A stretch of DNA of 64,000 nucleotides, from the NCBI GenBank assembly GCA_977017645.1, contig OZ360240.1:33108001-33172000 (forward strand). Reading direction: 5' to 3'. Under the pieces are notes generated by a model. The model worked only from the letters and a program-made list of their open reading frames with translations, was not told where the DNA came from and searched no databases. Both the position numbers and the translations under genes were made by a program. Below, one piece after another: positions 35,000 to 46,723 of this stretch (positions are counted from its first letter, which is position 1; each line of letters starts with the position of its first letter). Source of the DNA: Torpedo marmorata (lineage: Eukaryota).

Positions 35000-36769
35000 C
35001 CGTATATTTCGGCGTATAAGTCGAGTCTTGAAACCCTCAAAAATCTCTCAAAAAACGAGGGTTGACTTATACGCCGGATATACTTTTGAGACCTTAAAAT
35101 CATCTCAAAAACCGGTCCACGCCGATTCGGCGTATAAGTCGACCCTTGAAAACCCGATTCGGCGTATAATTCGACCCTTGAAAAACCAAAAAAAAACCCG
35201 ACTGCAACAAATTTTCATTGACATTTTTATTGAAAACAACAAGACATTTAGAACCCTTCAAAATCACTTTCGCTATCATCATCTGAGGCAAAGATCTCGG
35301 CAAGCACATCCGGGGTCTCACTGTTTAAACAGTCATCGTACGGGTCCCAGTCTGTATCTGATGAGGCGTCTTCAGCTTCGTCGTCAGTGTCCCACAATAA
35401 ATCATCTTCCGTACCATCAATTGCACAAGAGATACCGCACTTTTTAAATGATTTTATTATAGTCTCTACTTTCACTTTGTCCCATGCCTTGAACATGAAG
35501 TCACACAGCACATCAAGCGATGCAGCACGCATTGCCCCGCCTTTTGTAAATGATGTTTCTGCACTCGTCATCCATGTATTCCACTCTTCACGCACGTGAT
35601 CTTTGAATGGCTTGTTCAAGCAGACATCGAGAGGTTGCAATATAGACGTCAAACCACCCGGGATAACCGCCATGTAAGTATTATGTTGTGCTAATCTACT
35701 TTTAGTCTTCTCAGTTAAGTGGCTACGAAACATATCCCAGACCAGCAAACTCCGTTCCTTGCGTAAACCGCCTGGCCGCCTGTTCCACACATTGTCTATC
35801 CATAGTTTTACACCATTTTCATCCATCCATCCTTTTTCATGAAAATGTACAAAAATACCTGCTGGGAAATTTATTTTAGGTTTAAGTTTGTGCTTGAAGA
35901 TTAACTTTGTCCCGTTGGCCATGCACGATAACACCACGGTAAACCTGGTCCTTTCATGTCCTGTACTACTCGTTTGCACAGTTTTCACACCTTTCCATTC
36001 CACTGTTCTATTGCCTATCATGTCAAAATTCATGGGGGTTTCATCCATGTTTCCAATATTTGCCAATGCAAACTTGTGTTTCTGCCGGTTACGTAAAATA
36101 AACTGGTGAAAACTTACAACTTTATGATCAAGATCTTTTGGTAGTTTCTGAGCAATTTTAGTTTTTTGTCGTAAAACCAGATTTTTCCTGTTCATGAAAC
36201 AGTTGCACCAGCCTACTGTAGCTTCAAAATCATTACTGAGTTCTGGGTGCGACTTTGCCCAATTCAGTGCAAATGTTCTTATTTTATTTCGGGTGACTAT
36301 GTAGCAATCTTGCCTCTGTTCACGTACCCATGCTGCAACATGATTTTCCAACTCTGGCCAACGAGTGATTCCTCCTCTCATCGAACATTGCCTTTTTGGT
36401 ATTTTTCTTAAAGTATCTTCTTTCTTCCTCCAATCTCTTACCAACTTCTCATATATATCAAATTTTCTTGCAGCAGCACAGTTGTTGGTTTTCTTGGCCA
36501 TTTCTATAACTTTTAATTTAAAACTCGCCTCATACTTTCGTCGTTTCAATTGAGCCTCCTTGATAACAATCACCTCCAGCCAACGCCCAGCAGCTCAATC
36601 AGCGCGATCGTTGTGGGTTGACCTATATGCCGGTCAACGCCCAGCAGCTCAATCATCGCGATTTTTGGGGGTCGACTTATACGCCGGATATACAATAAAA
36701 CCATTAAAATGAGGCTGAAAAAGGGGGGTCGACTTATCTGCCGGTCGACTTATACGCCGAAATATACGG
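35000..36769 (-). mobile_element. Full-length pogo-superfamily DNA transposon (Passer-like, DD35D)
   Basis: Perfect 25-bp TIRs CCGTATATTTCGGCGTATAAGTCGA, TA TSDs, subterminal repeats, transposase ORF. Confidence 0.93.
35248..36573 (-). CDS. pogo/Passer transposase (BrkDBD-like + CENP-B HTH + DDE_1), open frame but no ATG at the expected start
   Basis: RRKYEASFKLKVI...AAARKF, NMDETP, LVWD-(35 aa)-D in QPLDVCLNKPFK; acidic tail ending SDFEGF. Confidence 0.85.
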   Translation of the reverse strand: MIVIKEAQLKRRKYEASFKLKVIEMAKKTNNCAAARKFDIYEKLVRDWRKKEDTLRKIPKRQCSMRGGITRWPELENHVAAWVREQRQDCYIVTRNKIRTFALNWAKSHPELSNDFEATVGWCNCFMNRKNLVLRQKTKIAQKLPKDLDHKVVSFHQFILRNRQKHKFALANIGNMDETPMNFDMIGNRTVEWKGVKTVQTSSTGHERTRFTVVLSCMANGTKLIFKHKLKPKINFPAGIFVHFHEKGWMDENGVKLWIDNVWNRRPGGLRKERSLLVWDMFRSHLTEKTKSRLAQHNTYMAVIPGGLTSILQPLDVCLNKPFKDHVREEWNTWMTSAETSFTKGGAMRAASLDVLCDFMFKAWDKVKVETIIKSFKKCGISCAIDGTEDDLLWDTDDEAEDASSDTDWDPYDDCLNSETPDVLAEIFASDDDSESDFEGF

Positions 36770-36888
36770 TATATGCCCATCAGTCTATCGTAAATCAACT
36801 CTTATAAACTTCAAGATAATGAGGTTCTAAATAGTTCAGAGACTTGCTATTTTAAAACCTGAAATGTATGGTATATTTGGTTCCATTA

Positions 36889-37482
36889 CATTGGACAACA
36901 ATTTTTTTCAAAAGGTTTGCTTCCTGAAAAAAAAATTGGGGATGATGATAGACAACTTCAAGCTGAACACAAAAATAATTTCACATTTGCTTTATCACTT
37001 AGGAAGTTGGAGAAACATTAAATTAACTTTTATTGAATTTAGCATGTTTAATCGCATAATGATGCTGACACATTGCGTTAGTTCAATTGAACTAAAAATG
37101 TTTTACCGCTGATTTTCAATTGTACTCAGCATCTGATGCCTCTCGTGTCAGTGTCCAACAATAGTCGGCCAGCATTGATGGATTCCATGGATGCAATGTC
37201 CTGGTGAAACCTTTCACCATGTTCGTCACTGACTGCACCAAGATCAGCAGGGAAGAAGTCCAAGTGCCAATGCAGAAAATGAATTTTCAATGACATGTTG
37301 CACTTCGTGCTTTTGTATGCTTGAAGTAGACTTAAAATATAACAGGAAATCACAAAAATAGGTTATATCTAAAAAAAAGGTATGTGATAGGAAAATTTTA
37401 AGGTGATTTTCGTGATCAGCAGCCCAAAATCCATAAAATACACCCAAAAGTGTACAGGAAGGAAAATCTTAGTTGTCCAGTG
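36889..37482 (-). mobile_element. Chapaev3-like non-autonomous DNA transposon
   Basis: TIRs CATTGGACAAC / GTTGTCCAGTG, 3-bp TSD TTA; carries a transposase C-terminal remnant MSLKIHFLH.HLDFFPADLGAVSDEHGERFHQDI. Confidence 0.7.
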
Positions 37483-37977
37483 TTATTGTTGCAGCATTAA
37501 GCAGATGCTAGTCCTGTTCTTGTATTTGAATGACTGGTCTATGTTGGAATTTGTATTCATTGTTATTATCATTAAAAAGAGTCTTTAACATTATTGCTTG
37601 TAATGTTCCAGAGTTCTACCAGTATCTGGTTTACCCAGAACCTGGCTGTGCTGTAGTTGTTCTTGCAAGATGTTACCTAATGACCCTGTGCTTGTTTTAC
37701 TGCCATTATCGAATACAAACCAAGGCCATGTTGTTTTAGCTCAGCCACGGCAGTAGTGTGATTATTGAAATTTGACCACCTGTCTTGAGGAAGTGTGGAT
37801 CAGCCAGCACCTTCACTGGTATGCATTTAGACATGACTGTGGAATTGATGAGGGTTGATGTGAACTTCCCAATAAATGGTTGACAACATCCAATATCAAC
37901 TGAATATCAGCTGCTTGGATGAGATATTACAGGATGCTGGTGCCCATGGGATGGTATCTGTTCATGAAAGCACTTCC

Positions 37978-38774
37978 TCACCTTTCTGTGCAAGACATTG
38001 TTTATTACAATTCAAGGTGGTACATAGAATCCATATGTCTAAACTTAAATTATCTCGTTTTTATGCAGATATTGATCCACTATGTGAGAAGTGTAAAATT
38101 TAGAGAGATTTCGGAAAGATATTTTTCAAACTTTATATTGATGATTTTTAAGATTAAAATAGAACCGTCCGTTAATTGCTTTGTTTGGTTTTTCACGTGA
38201 ACCAAATATACCTCTGTCTGCATCTCAGGAGAAAGTTTTAGCCTTTTCCACGAGCTAGACGAGCAATTTTATTGAAATGGAAAGACGATTCATCACCGAT
38301 ACATAGACAGTGGTTACAGGATGTAATGTCTTATCTGAGCTTGGAGAAAATTAGATATATTAAAGATAGAAAGTTTCAATTTCTAAAGATATGGGGCCCA
38401 TTTATAGAATACTATCATGATTGGAAGAATTAATAAACGTGAATGTTCCGAGGATTCTCTGACGGAGGTCTGGAGATCGCTATCTGATCCATTTTCTCTT
38501 TTCTTTTTGTTATAAAGGTAACCTTAATAGAGGGAGGGGTTAGATTAGAATTAGTTTTTAGGATTTAAAAAAAATTTTTTTTTCATTTTAGTCTAATTTG
38601 GAATATGAGTTTTAACACAAATTTATAACATATTCATAACTTGTTTTATATTTAAACTTAGGAACTGGTTAATGTTCCATTTGTTTGTTTTTCCTTTGAA
38701 TTTGTACAATTATATGTTCTCTTTTTCCCTGTGTACTTGTTTATATGTTGAACTCAATAAAAATATTTTAAAAA
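37978..38774 (+). mobile_element. L1 3' fragment (same subfamily as 11668-13267), not inverted
   Basis: FCARHCLLQFKVVHRIHMSKLKLSRFY; AATAAA + A-rich tail; TSD GAAAG(C/G)ACTTCC at 37966-37977 and 38775-38786. Confidence 0.9.
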
Positions 38775-41700
38775 GAAAGGACTTCCAGAATGTAGTGCTA
38801 AGGGGCAAATCTGCTCACTGCTCCTTTAATTGTTTTCATAGGCTGGACTCTATAACTTGAAACAGGAGAGATTTTTAATTGGTATATAGTTTATATTTAA
38901 CTTTTTTAAAAGATTTGCATCCATTCAATTTTTTGTCCATTTTTGGAAAGAATGTTTTGAAGCTGGTATTAATCACTGTTCTAAGCTGAGCATTAAATCA
39001 CATTGTAAGAATTTTGACTGTTTCCAACTTTATTCTCCAGAATTTAGCAGCAAAATGAGATTCAAGCCCAAAATTGGCAAGAATCTCATCTGCAGGGGGG
39101 ATGGCACAGTTATAATTGTGGCCTGTTGATGAGGGCATCACCTTCTCACTCTGTAGCAGCAGATTAGGAAGCACTAGGTAAATCTGCAAGAACAGGTTGA
39201 TCCTCTGGTCTACAAGGAAATCCTGGATTAATCTTGCACTTATTCCCAAATTTCCTGCCCTGCCTTTTACAAGGAAGGTGACAAATGGCCAGGAGGTGCC
39301 TGATCTGCACTTACTTAACAATGCTCTGCCTGCTTCAGATTGCAAGGAGTTAAAATATCTGAACATTGAGTCGTCTGGTCCAAAACTTCTTCAGAATAAC
39401 ATCATTCCATCTTGGAATACATTGTTGAGCCTCGGTGGATTTCAAACCCCACAAGAAATTTGATAATTTTTATTGCAATTTGACTTCTGTCTATTGGGAG
39501 TGAGGTGTAAAGAGTCTCCAGTTTTACCTTCATAAATTATGTAGTCTTGCTTCATGAAAATTTGATTAATTAAAGGGAATTAATTGGTCTGACAAATTAA
39601 AATTTAAATGACAGGCAGATCACAGTAATTTGCATATTATTTGTTAGGTGATGATTGGGTATATCAACTTCCTTTCATGAGTGAAATTGTGGTTGTGGAA
39701 CATTATACTGTAAGTAGTTGGATAACTTAATTTTTGCTCAGCAATTTTTATTATCAGTTTGCTCAATTTATAAAGGATTTTGGGATTTAAATTAGTATTG
39801 GATACAACACATGAAGTTATAAAATTAAAATCTGTGGGACTATTGTTGGACCGTTTGTTAACTTGTGGAGACTATCAGGAGCTGAGAAGTGCAGAGTGCA
39901 AATTCAAAAACATATTTCTGGCATTCAAGTTTTGAGTGGTGTGGATTTGGGAAGAGGCGAGGGAGGTTGACATCAAAACATGACAGTTGGAAATATTTCT
40001 TAAGTATTAACTATATCCAGTGATACAAACTGGTGAAGTAAATGAGCTTATTAATGATGTACTTTATAAGGAAGAATTAAATGTAAATGATTAAAGCCAT
40101 ACTGAAAAACTTTTACACTTATTTTCTGTAACATTCTAGTTGCTTAATTAGGTTTTTGGTCTTTGTACAAATAGAACTTCATTAGATGATGTAAGGGAAC
40201 TTATTCCAAATGAGCATATTTCAAGTTAAACCAAAGGCACAAGTTTTTTTTTTAAATGTTTAGCCCAATGTGGATGGTCACCAGCATAAGAATTTGCATA
40301 GAACTTTAAAATTCAATAACAGATTTAAGATTGTTAATGATTAATTGTTCACACCTTTTACTTTTCTACCATTCTCTGTTATATAGGCTCTCTTTGGGGT
40401 GAATTTTGATGCAATGTGGTAGTAACAAATTGGCTTGCCTCATTTTCCTTCCTGTGAACTTTATGTATCATGAGTCGGTTGTTTTGCTGCCATCTCTTTT
40501 GCAGAGCTGCTGAAGTTGAATTTTACTTATTTCACTGAAATTCAACCATCAGTTGAAATTCGCAATGATCTAATTTAGAGAACCCTCACTAACTTGCCAA
40601 TACTTGACTCTTAAGGTGATATAATGGAAAACATTGTGAGCACACATGTTAAATCACATAATTGGCAATACAATAAAGGAATTTGCAGAACATGATTACA
40701 ACTAAAAGTGTTCATTTGTTTTGGATTAAGTTTTATTTGCTATCTAGTGAATGTGTAGATGATGCGGGGAGGAGCAGATCTGAAACTCACTATTTATAAG
40801 AGCCTATTTTTATTTCCTTTAGTTTCCCATTTTATAATTGATCATCTGTTCTACAGTGGATTACTTTCTGGTTTGTTGGAGTATGCAGATTTGTATGATT
40901 TGAGAAGTCGCAGAGAATATCTACTATATTGAGTGTGCAACTTCCGAGGCCTTGTTTTAAAATGTTTCTGATGCTATTTTGTCACTGATAATTACCCTTA
41001 CCAACTTGGAGAAATCATGTTATTAACTGAATTCATTTGTTTCTTTGCCAGCTTTTCCTTTCATATTTTTCAAAACAGTTTGTCAGTAATATGCTGTAAA
41101 ATTGTATTTAATATATTGAAAATCCAATTGGATTTCAATCTAATTTTTGTCTTTAAATGTTCCTCAGATTTATTTTGCTGCATCCTCATCTGTTGAATTC
41201 AGGTGTGCATTAATGAGTAAAATTCAGCATCTGTAGCATTACAAAAAAAACCATCAGTCATCTGTTTGGGTTAGAGTTGGGATGCATGTTCTATTTCATT
41301 GAAGTTGATAAAGGAACGCCAGAAAGAATTGATCAGCAAAGTAATGTTGGCCAACTTGCTGTTTCTTAAGTACAGCAGGTCAAATTCCATGTTTGACTTC
41401 TCCCCTGGGGCTTGTTTGGAGCAGAGAAACTGGTATGGTTATTTTTGTACATGTAAAGGCCAGCAAAACTAAGCAGTCGAGAAGTCTGTCAGCAGTTTTT
41501 TTTTAAATCCTGCTGTTTTCTCAGGAATTGTTCTTACTGAAGACTGTGTAACCTTCTCATCTCAACAAGTGAGTTTTTTGCATTATTTGAGTTTGAAAGG
41601 TGGGTGGGTCTCAGGATGTTCCGCTTTGAACAGTTGCATGAAACTTGGAAAATCATGTTCCTCTAAGGAAAATGAAGTTCTCTAGGTCAGAGAACTTCAT

Positions 41701-41865
41701 CCCAAAACATTGTGTAGGCTTTGTTTTAAATGGACAGTCACCGTTTAAATTAATGTGGCAATTAGCAATATTTGGATAAGAATTGACTGCTGTCTGGTTG
41801 ATTAGCTGCAGACTAAAGTAAGACCTCTACAGCCAAGAGTAAAAGGAAGGAAGCAATGAATTCTC

Positions 41866-42150
41866 ACCTCTGCTCCGGCCGCCCGCAGGCATGAGCTCCC
41901 GACATCTCTGATGACGCAAATATTTACCATGGTCCCGACTTTCTCCATGCCGACGCCCTCTCCAGTTGTCACACCAACCTCTGCCTCCGCAAGGCTGACA
42001 CCGCAGCTGGATCCCACAGGCTCACCCCACCCCACCACCATCACTCCTTCCCCTTCCCTATCCCCTCCCTTGAGCTTCCCCTTTCTTCCCAACCCTTTGT
42101 GTTTTTACTTCAATCACTGTGTCTGCAGACTTTCTTGGTGTTTATTACTT
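41866..42150 (+). mobile_element. Degenerate Penelope-like 3' fragment
   Basis: C-rich tract ending tttgtgtttttacttcaatcactgtgtctgcagacttt, as in the other Penelope termini. Confidence 0.6.
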
Positions 42151-42575
42151 GGTAGGACGTGTGTATTGATGCGCAGATTATTATTACTTTAATTCATTGT
42201 GTTTTTGTTGAGAGATCATTAGGACTTCTGCTACTGATACAGTATTTTGGATTCTAGTGTGAATTTCAGCCCCTCAAAAGTAGTATCCATATAATAATCG
42301 ACACCATAAAATGGTGTAGAAAATTCAACTTTTACACGAATATATATGGTAGTTGCATATGTTGGGATCTATTTATTAATGTTTTCATAGACAGGACAAT
42401 GGAGAACTTAGAAATTTTGAAAAATTGTAGGATTCAGTGGGTTAAAGCCACGCCTTTGAAAGTGCTCAACATTCAGTTTGATTACTGGGCATTATTGTCA
42501 GAGTTTCACGATGGTGTTTCACCATTTGTGAGTATTTGCTTAAGCATAGATATTGGCTGCCTTTATAACCTTGAC

Positions 42576-42780
42576 TGTAACGATGTAACTAACCAAACTC
42601 TTCAAATTTGATACACGTCTGTAAACTTGGTGTATCTGTATTTTTGTCTGTGTTACTATTGTTATGGACTATGATTGACCATTTGGACTGAGGATGGTCA
42701 GCAGGAAGGATGAAGTATTTTGGAGTACACACTGGGACCAGGTACTGAAAGAGTTAACTTGCCCAGGACTTGGTGTACCC

Positions 42781-42811
<31 letters not shown>

Positions 42812-43534
42812 CTGTGGAAAAGATACTTTGTTGCACTTTTGCAAAAGCAGGTGCAGACCTCTGCAAAAAGCAGGCAGTTTTGGAGTTGCAAGAGGCTGAA
42901 CAACACAGCCAAATCCAGGCTTGTGCATCCCAGAGAAAAGGCTGGAAGAATAGCACATGGCCTCCTGTCTCAGAGAAATCCTGAGTTAAAAGCAACTTTT
43001 GTGGGGAACAGGCGTGAGATCAGCGAGACCTGCTGTGAGATCCAAGCACGTGCCTCAATCAGTGGTATACTGATCTGAATTCGCAATCCTTAAGAAAACA
43101 CAAGAAGGGAGCGTCATCAGAGAAGAAAAACAAGCCAAGTATTTGTAAGCATAAACAGTCATTGTCTCTCTCCAACGTTCATTCAGAAGTACTTCTACCA
43201 GCACACAGAGCTGAATTTGAAACCTGAACTTAGAGAATGAATTTTTGTGGACTGTATTATTCTTTTTTTGACTGACTTGTTTTTATGACTGACCTGGGGT
43301 TTTTTGGGGAAAGTTTTTCCATTTTTACATGAGGGTTGGGCACAGACTGTAATGGTCTGGGCTTTACACACACACACACGCACACACCTTTTAGATAAGA
43401 ATAGTGTTTATAGACGTTTATAGTGGGGTTAATTGTTGTGAAATTATATGTTTAATTGTTTTTAATAAATATAAATTTCAATTTTACCCCTTTTGCATTG
43501 CGTCTTCTGTCGTTGCTGGTTTGATTTTGTAACA
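42576..43534 (+). mobile_element. Probable solo LTR
   Basis: TGTAAC...GTAACA termini, internal (GA)n and (CA)n, AATAAA near 43464; layout like 25609-26750; no matching TSD. Confidence 0.5.
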
Positions 43535-44137
43535 CTATCCAATGTAAAAATGTGTCATTTTCCAGCAAAGAAACGTTTCTATGTTCCAACTGACAAATTC
43601 CAAGGAAGATTTGGATTTTAAAAGGTTTTTTTATCATAGAAATATTAGGAATATTTACATGGTTAAAACGCAAGAATAACTTGAGCTGTTGTTGCTTTGG
43701 GCCAGTATCTCCATCTTAATTAGACCAAAAGTATTCACCACTAAAACTGCGATTTGATTATGTCACTGTTATATTTTCATCCCAGGGCCTTTATCATTTT
43801 ACTAATAAATTGTAACCATGCAAGCTGAATTTGGCAATTATAGTGAACTACTGTAAATGGAAAAATAAAGGACAACATTTTCTAAATTTCATAACTTCAT
43901 GATCTTATTCATAATAATCTCACCCTAATGATTTGGAGCAGATTAACTGAAATAAACATTCAGTGATGCATGCTTTTTTTTTCCTGGAATTTTTCAAACC
44001 AATGAAGTGGTTGGGTATGATTACTTACAATTGTAAAATATGAAACTTGTTAATTTTCAGAGTGTGAGATCAAGGAGTGATGCTTTTATAAATGTTTTTT
44101 TGATCAGAGTTGGGAAGCAGTACTAATATATTACTAT

Positions 44138-44665
44138 CAGGGGCGTAGCCAGGTTCTAACGTTAGGGGGAGCGAGCACATAAAAAACGCGCCACGACACA
44201 TGCCAGATGGTGGGTCAGTGGTTGAATGGCGGACCGCACTGATTTTTCGGCGGCGTCGGACCGGTGGGGGTGGGGGGTGGGGGGTGGGTGGGGTGAGGGG
44301 GGTGAGGGGGGTGAGGTGGGGTGGGGTGGGGGGTGGGGTGGGGTGAGGGGGGTGAGGTGGGGTGGGGTGGGGTGGCGGCGGCGCCACGTCCACGACGCAT
44401 ACCAAATAATTTTAAGTTCATTATACATTTTTATTTTGTATTTAACATCAAAACACAAGGAACTTAAGATATAATTTTGAAAGCCAAGGAGAAATAAATA
44501 CATTCGGAGCTATTCCTCCCCAGATGCCAGTGGCCAGACTGCTCCCCCTGAGCACATTCTTCAAAAGTGGCACCTTTTTGAACTGTGTGCTCACTGCTCA
44601 ATCTGCCACCAGTGCAAGCACATCACAGTTCAAAAAGGCCCCCCCTCCCCCTAGCTACGCCATTG
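44138..44665. mobile_element. hAT-type MITE with an internal G-rich repeat
   Basis: TIRs CAGGGGCGTAGCCAG / CTAGCTACGCCATTG; perfect 8-bp TSD ATTACTAT. Confidence 0.88.
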
Positions 44666-44724
44666 ATTACTATTGCCTCATTGTAACCCAGCAAGCATTG
44701 TCTGAATTCTGAGACTTCCTGTTT

Positions 44725-44882
44725 CTGGCCCATTCTTCTTAGTCCTTGAAGAAGGGCTCAGGCCCAAAACGTTGGCAATATACCTTTGCTTTTTTGGACG
44801 CTGGAAAGACCGGTTGAGTTCCTCCAGCATTTCTGTGTTTTTAACTACAATCACAGCATCTGCAGACTTTCGTGTTTCACTC
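44725..44882 (+). mobile_element. Penelope terminal fragment with a degenerate hammerhead
   Basis: TTGAAGA-A-GGGC-TCAG-GCCC-AAAA-CGTT (G12 lost), followed by the typical terminal sequence. Confidence 0.75.
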
Positions 44883-45296
44883 TGTACTTAAAAACATACC
44901 AAGATCAGCAATTTGTCCACATTTACAGCTTTATTCTATCTGAAGTTTCAATTATCGTTGGGGGTCTCACAGTTTTTTTGTAACTCTTTCACACAAAGCT
45001 TTTTAAAGGTAGGCAAATGTATTGAAGGTGGTCAAATCTTTGCTTTGAGACATTTTCTCCCATTTGAGCCAGGGACTCTAGTGTCTATTCACTTTTGTTG
45101 CATCGTTTCCATTACCATGAAGACTAGGCCATACTTCCATCCATTTCAGTGATTGTAACTTTCACTTCTGTAGTTCAATAGGCAATGTGGAGCTTTGATC
45201 CTTCATGTTAGAGCAGGGACATTTTCTAGTGGGGCAATATAGTATACACCTGCATCAAACAGTTAAATATACAATGGAGACAGAAGAGACGACAGA

Positions 45297-46546
45297 AATT
45301 AATCCATAAATGAATCCTATTAAACCCTTTTGACAAGGATTTAACTGAAAAAATAAGTCAATACAATTACTATCATGGGAGAATGGAAAAGTAGTAACTT
45401 GGTTTCTCAGAAAATCTCTAACTTGTAAGTATCTAAAAAAAATGGAAATTAGGGAGATTAAATTTATGTGACAAATGCACAAAAGTCATAAAACAGCCGT
45501 CTACAAATAAGTCAAAAATAGGATTCATTTATAGATTAATTTCTAAAATACGTTGCGTTTCTATGAATAAAATTAAGAGTGCTTGGGAGAACGACTTACA
45601 AATGATTCTTTCCAAGGATATATGGACCAAGTGTTTAAAATTGGTCCGTTCCTCTTCCATTTGTGCACGTCATTCACTTATTCAATTCAACATAGTACAT
45701 AGAGCACATTTATCCAAAGATAAATTAGCGAAGATTTTTCCTCCTATCAACCCTTTATGTGACAGGTGTCGTAATGGGGTTGCTTCCTTATTTCATATGT
45801 TTTGCTCCTGTTCAGCATTAGATCACTATTGGAAGGAAATTTTTAATGCATTTTCCCGTATTTTCTCGGTTACTATTCAACCTCATCCTATTACAGCTTT
45901 ATTTGGTGTGGTGATAGAGAACAGTAGATTATCGGTGTCAGATTGCCATGTGATAGCTTTTGCCGCTTTAATGGCTAGAAGATCTATTTTGCTAAGATGG
46001 AAGGACTCTATCCCTCCCAGTTATGCACAATGGACGACCCAAACCTTATCATGCTTGAACCTTGAGAAGATTAGATGTAATGTTTTGAAAACTGAAGTTA
46101 AGTTTGATAAAATGTGGCACACTTTTATGGAATATTTTAATGTTTAATGAATAATACAGTGGTTTACTATTTTGTATATAATATACGAAACGTTTATAAT
46201 CTCTCTCTGAACTTACTTATTTACATATAAGGCAATTCACCAACGTACTGTTACTGTTACCCTTTTGGTGGTTTAAGGCGACCCAGCGGCTTTTTTCTTT
46301 TTAGTTTAGGGGCTATAGATTTAGGATTAGTTAGTTACAGTCCTTTTCTTTTGGTTTTTTTTTCTGCAGGAACAAAATATATAAAACTGAATTCTGTCTG
46401 TTTGTTTATCATTAGTTGCGATGTTAATTTTTATTCTAGGATACATTGTATTTACTCTATACCTGTACAGTACATTGTTCTTGTTCTTACATTTTTTGTT
46501 GTGTATATATATATATGTAAAATTCAATAAAAAGAATATAAAAGAA
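45297..46546 (+). mobile_element. L1 retrotransposon, 5'-truncated with 5' inversion
   Basis: 45297-~45515 on - (FFRYLQVRDFLR); 45517-46546 on + (IQFNIVHR, CDRC...HMFCSC, LNLEKIR, AATAAA, tail). 15-bp TSD AGAAGAGACGA(C/T)AGA at 45282-45296 and 46547-46561. Confidence 0.9.
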
Positions 46547-46585
46547 AGAAGAGACGATAGATGTTGGGTTGGGACCTGAAGCATT

Positions 46586-46723
46586 AAACTGCTGGAGGAA
46601 CTCATTGATCAAGCACCATCTGTGGAGGCACTGGGTGGTCCTGAAGCAGTCTTAACCCAAACCATTGACTATCCCATTGCCTCCATAGATGCTGTTTGAT
46701 CTACTGAGTTCATCCAGCAGTTT
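46586..46723. repeat. Palindromic element built from inverted Penelope terminal repeats
   Basis: aaactgctggaggaactca...catctgtggaggca pairs with tgcctccatagatg...tgagttcatccagcagttt. Confidence 0.7.

Noticed and set aside
44070-44503. Proline/histidine-rich ORFs
   Set aside because: Translation of the G-rich simple repeat inside a MITE.
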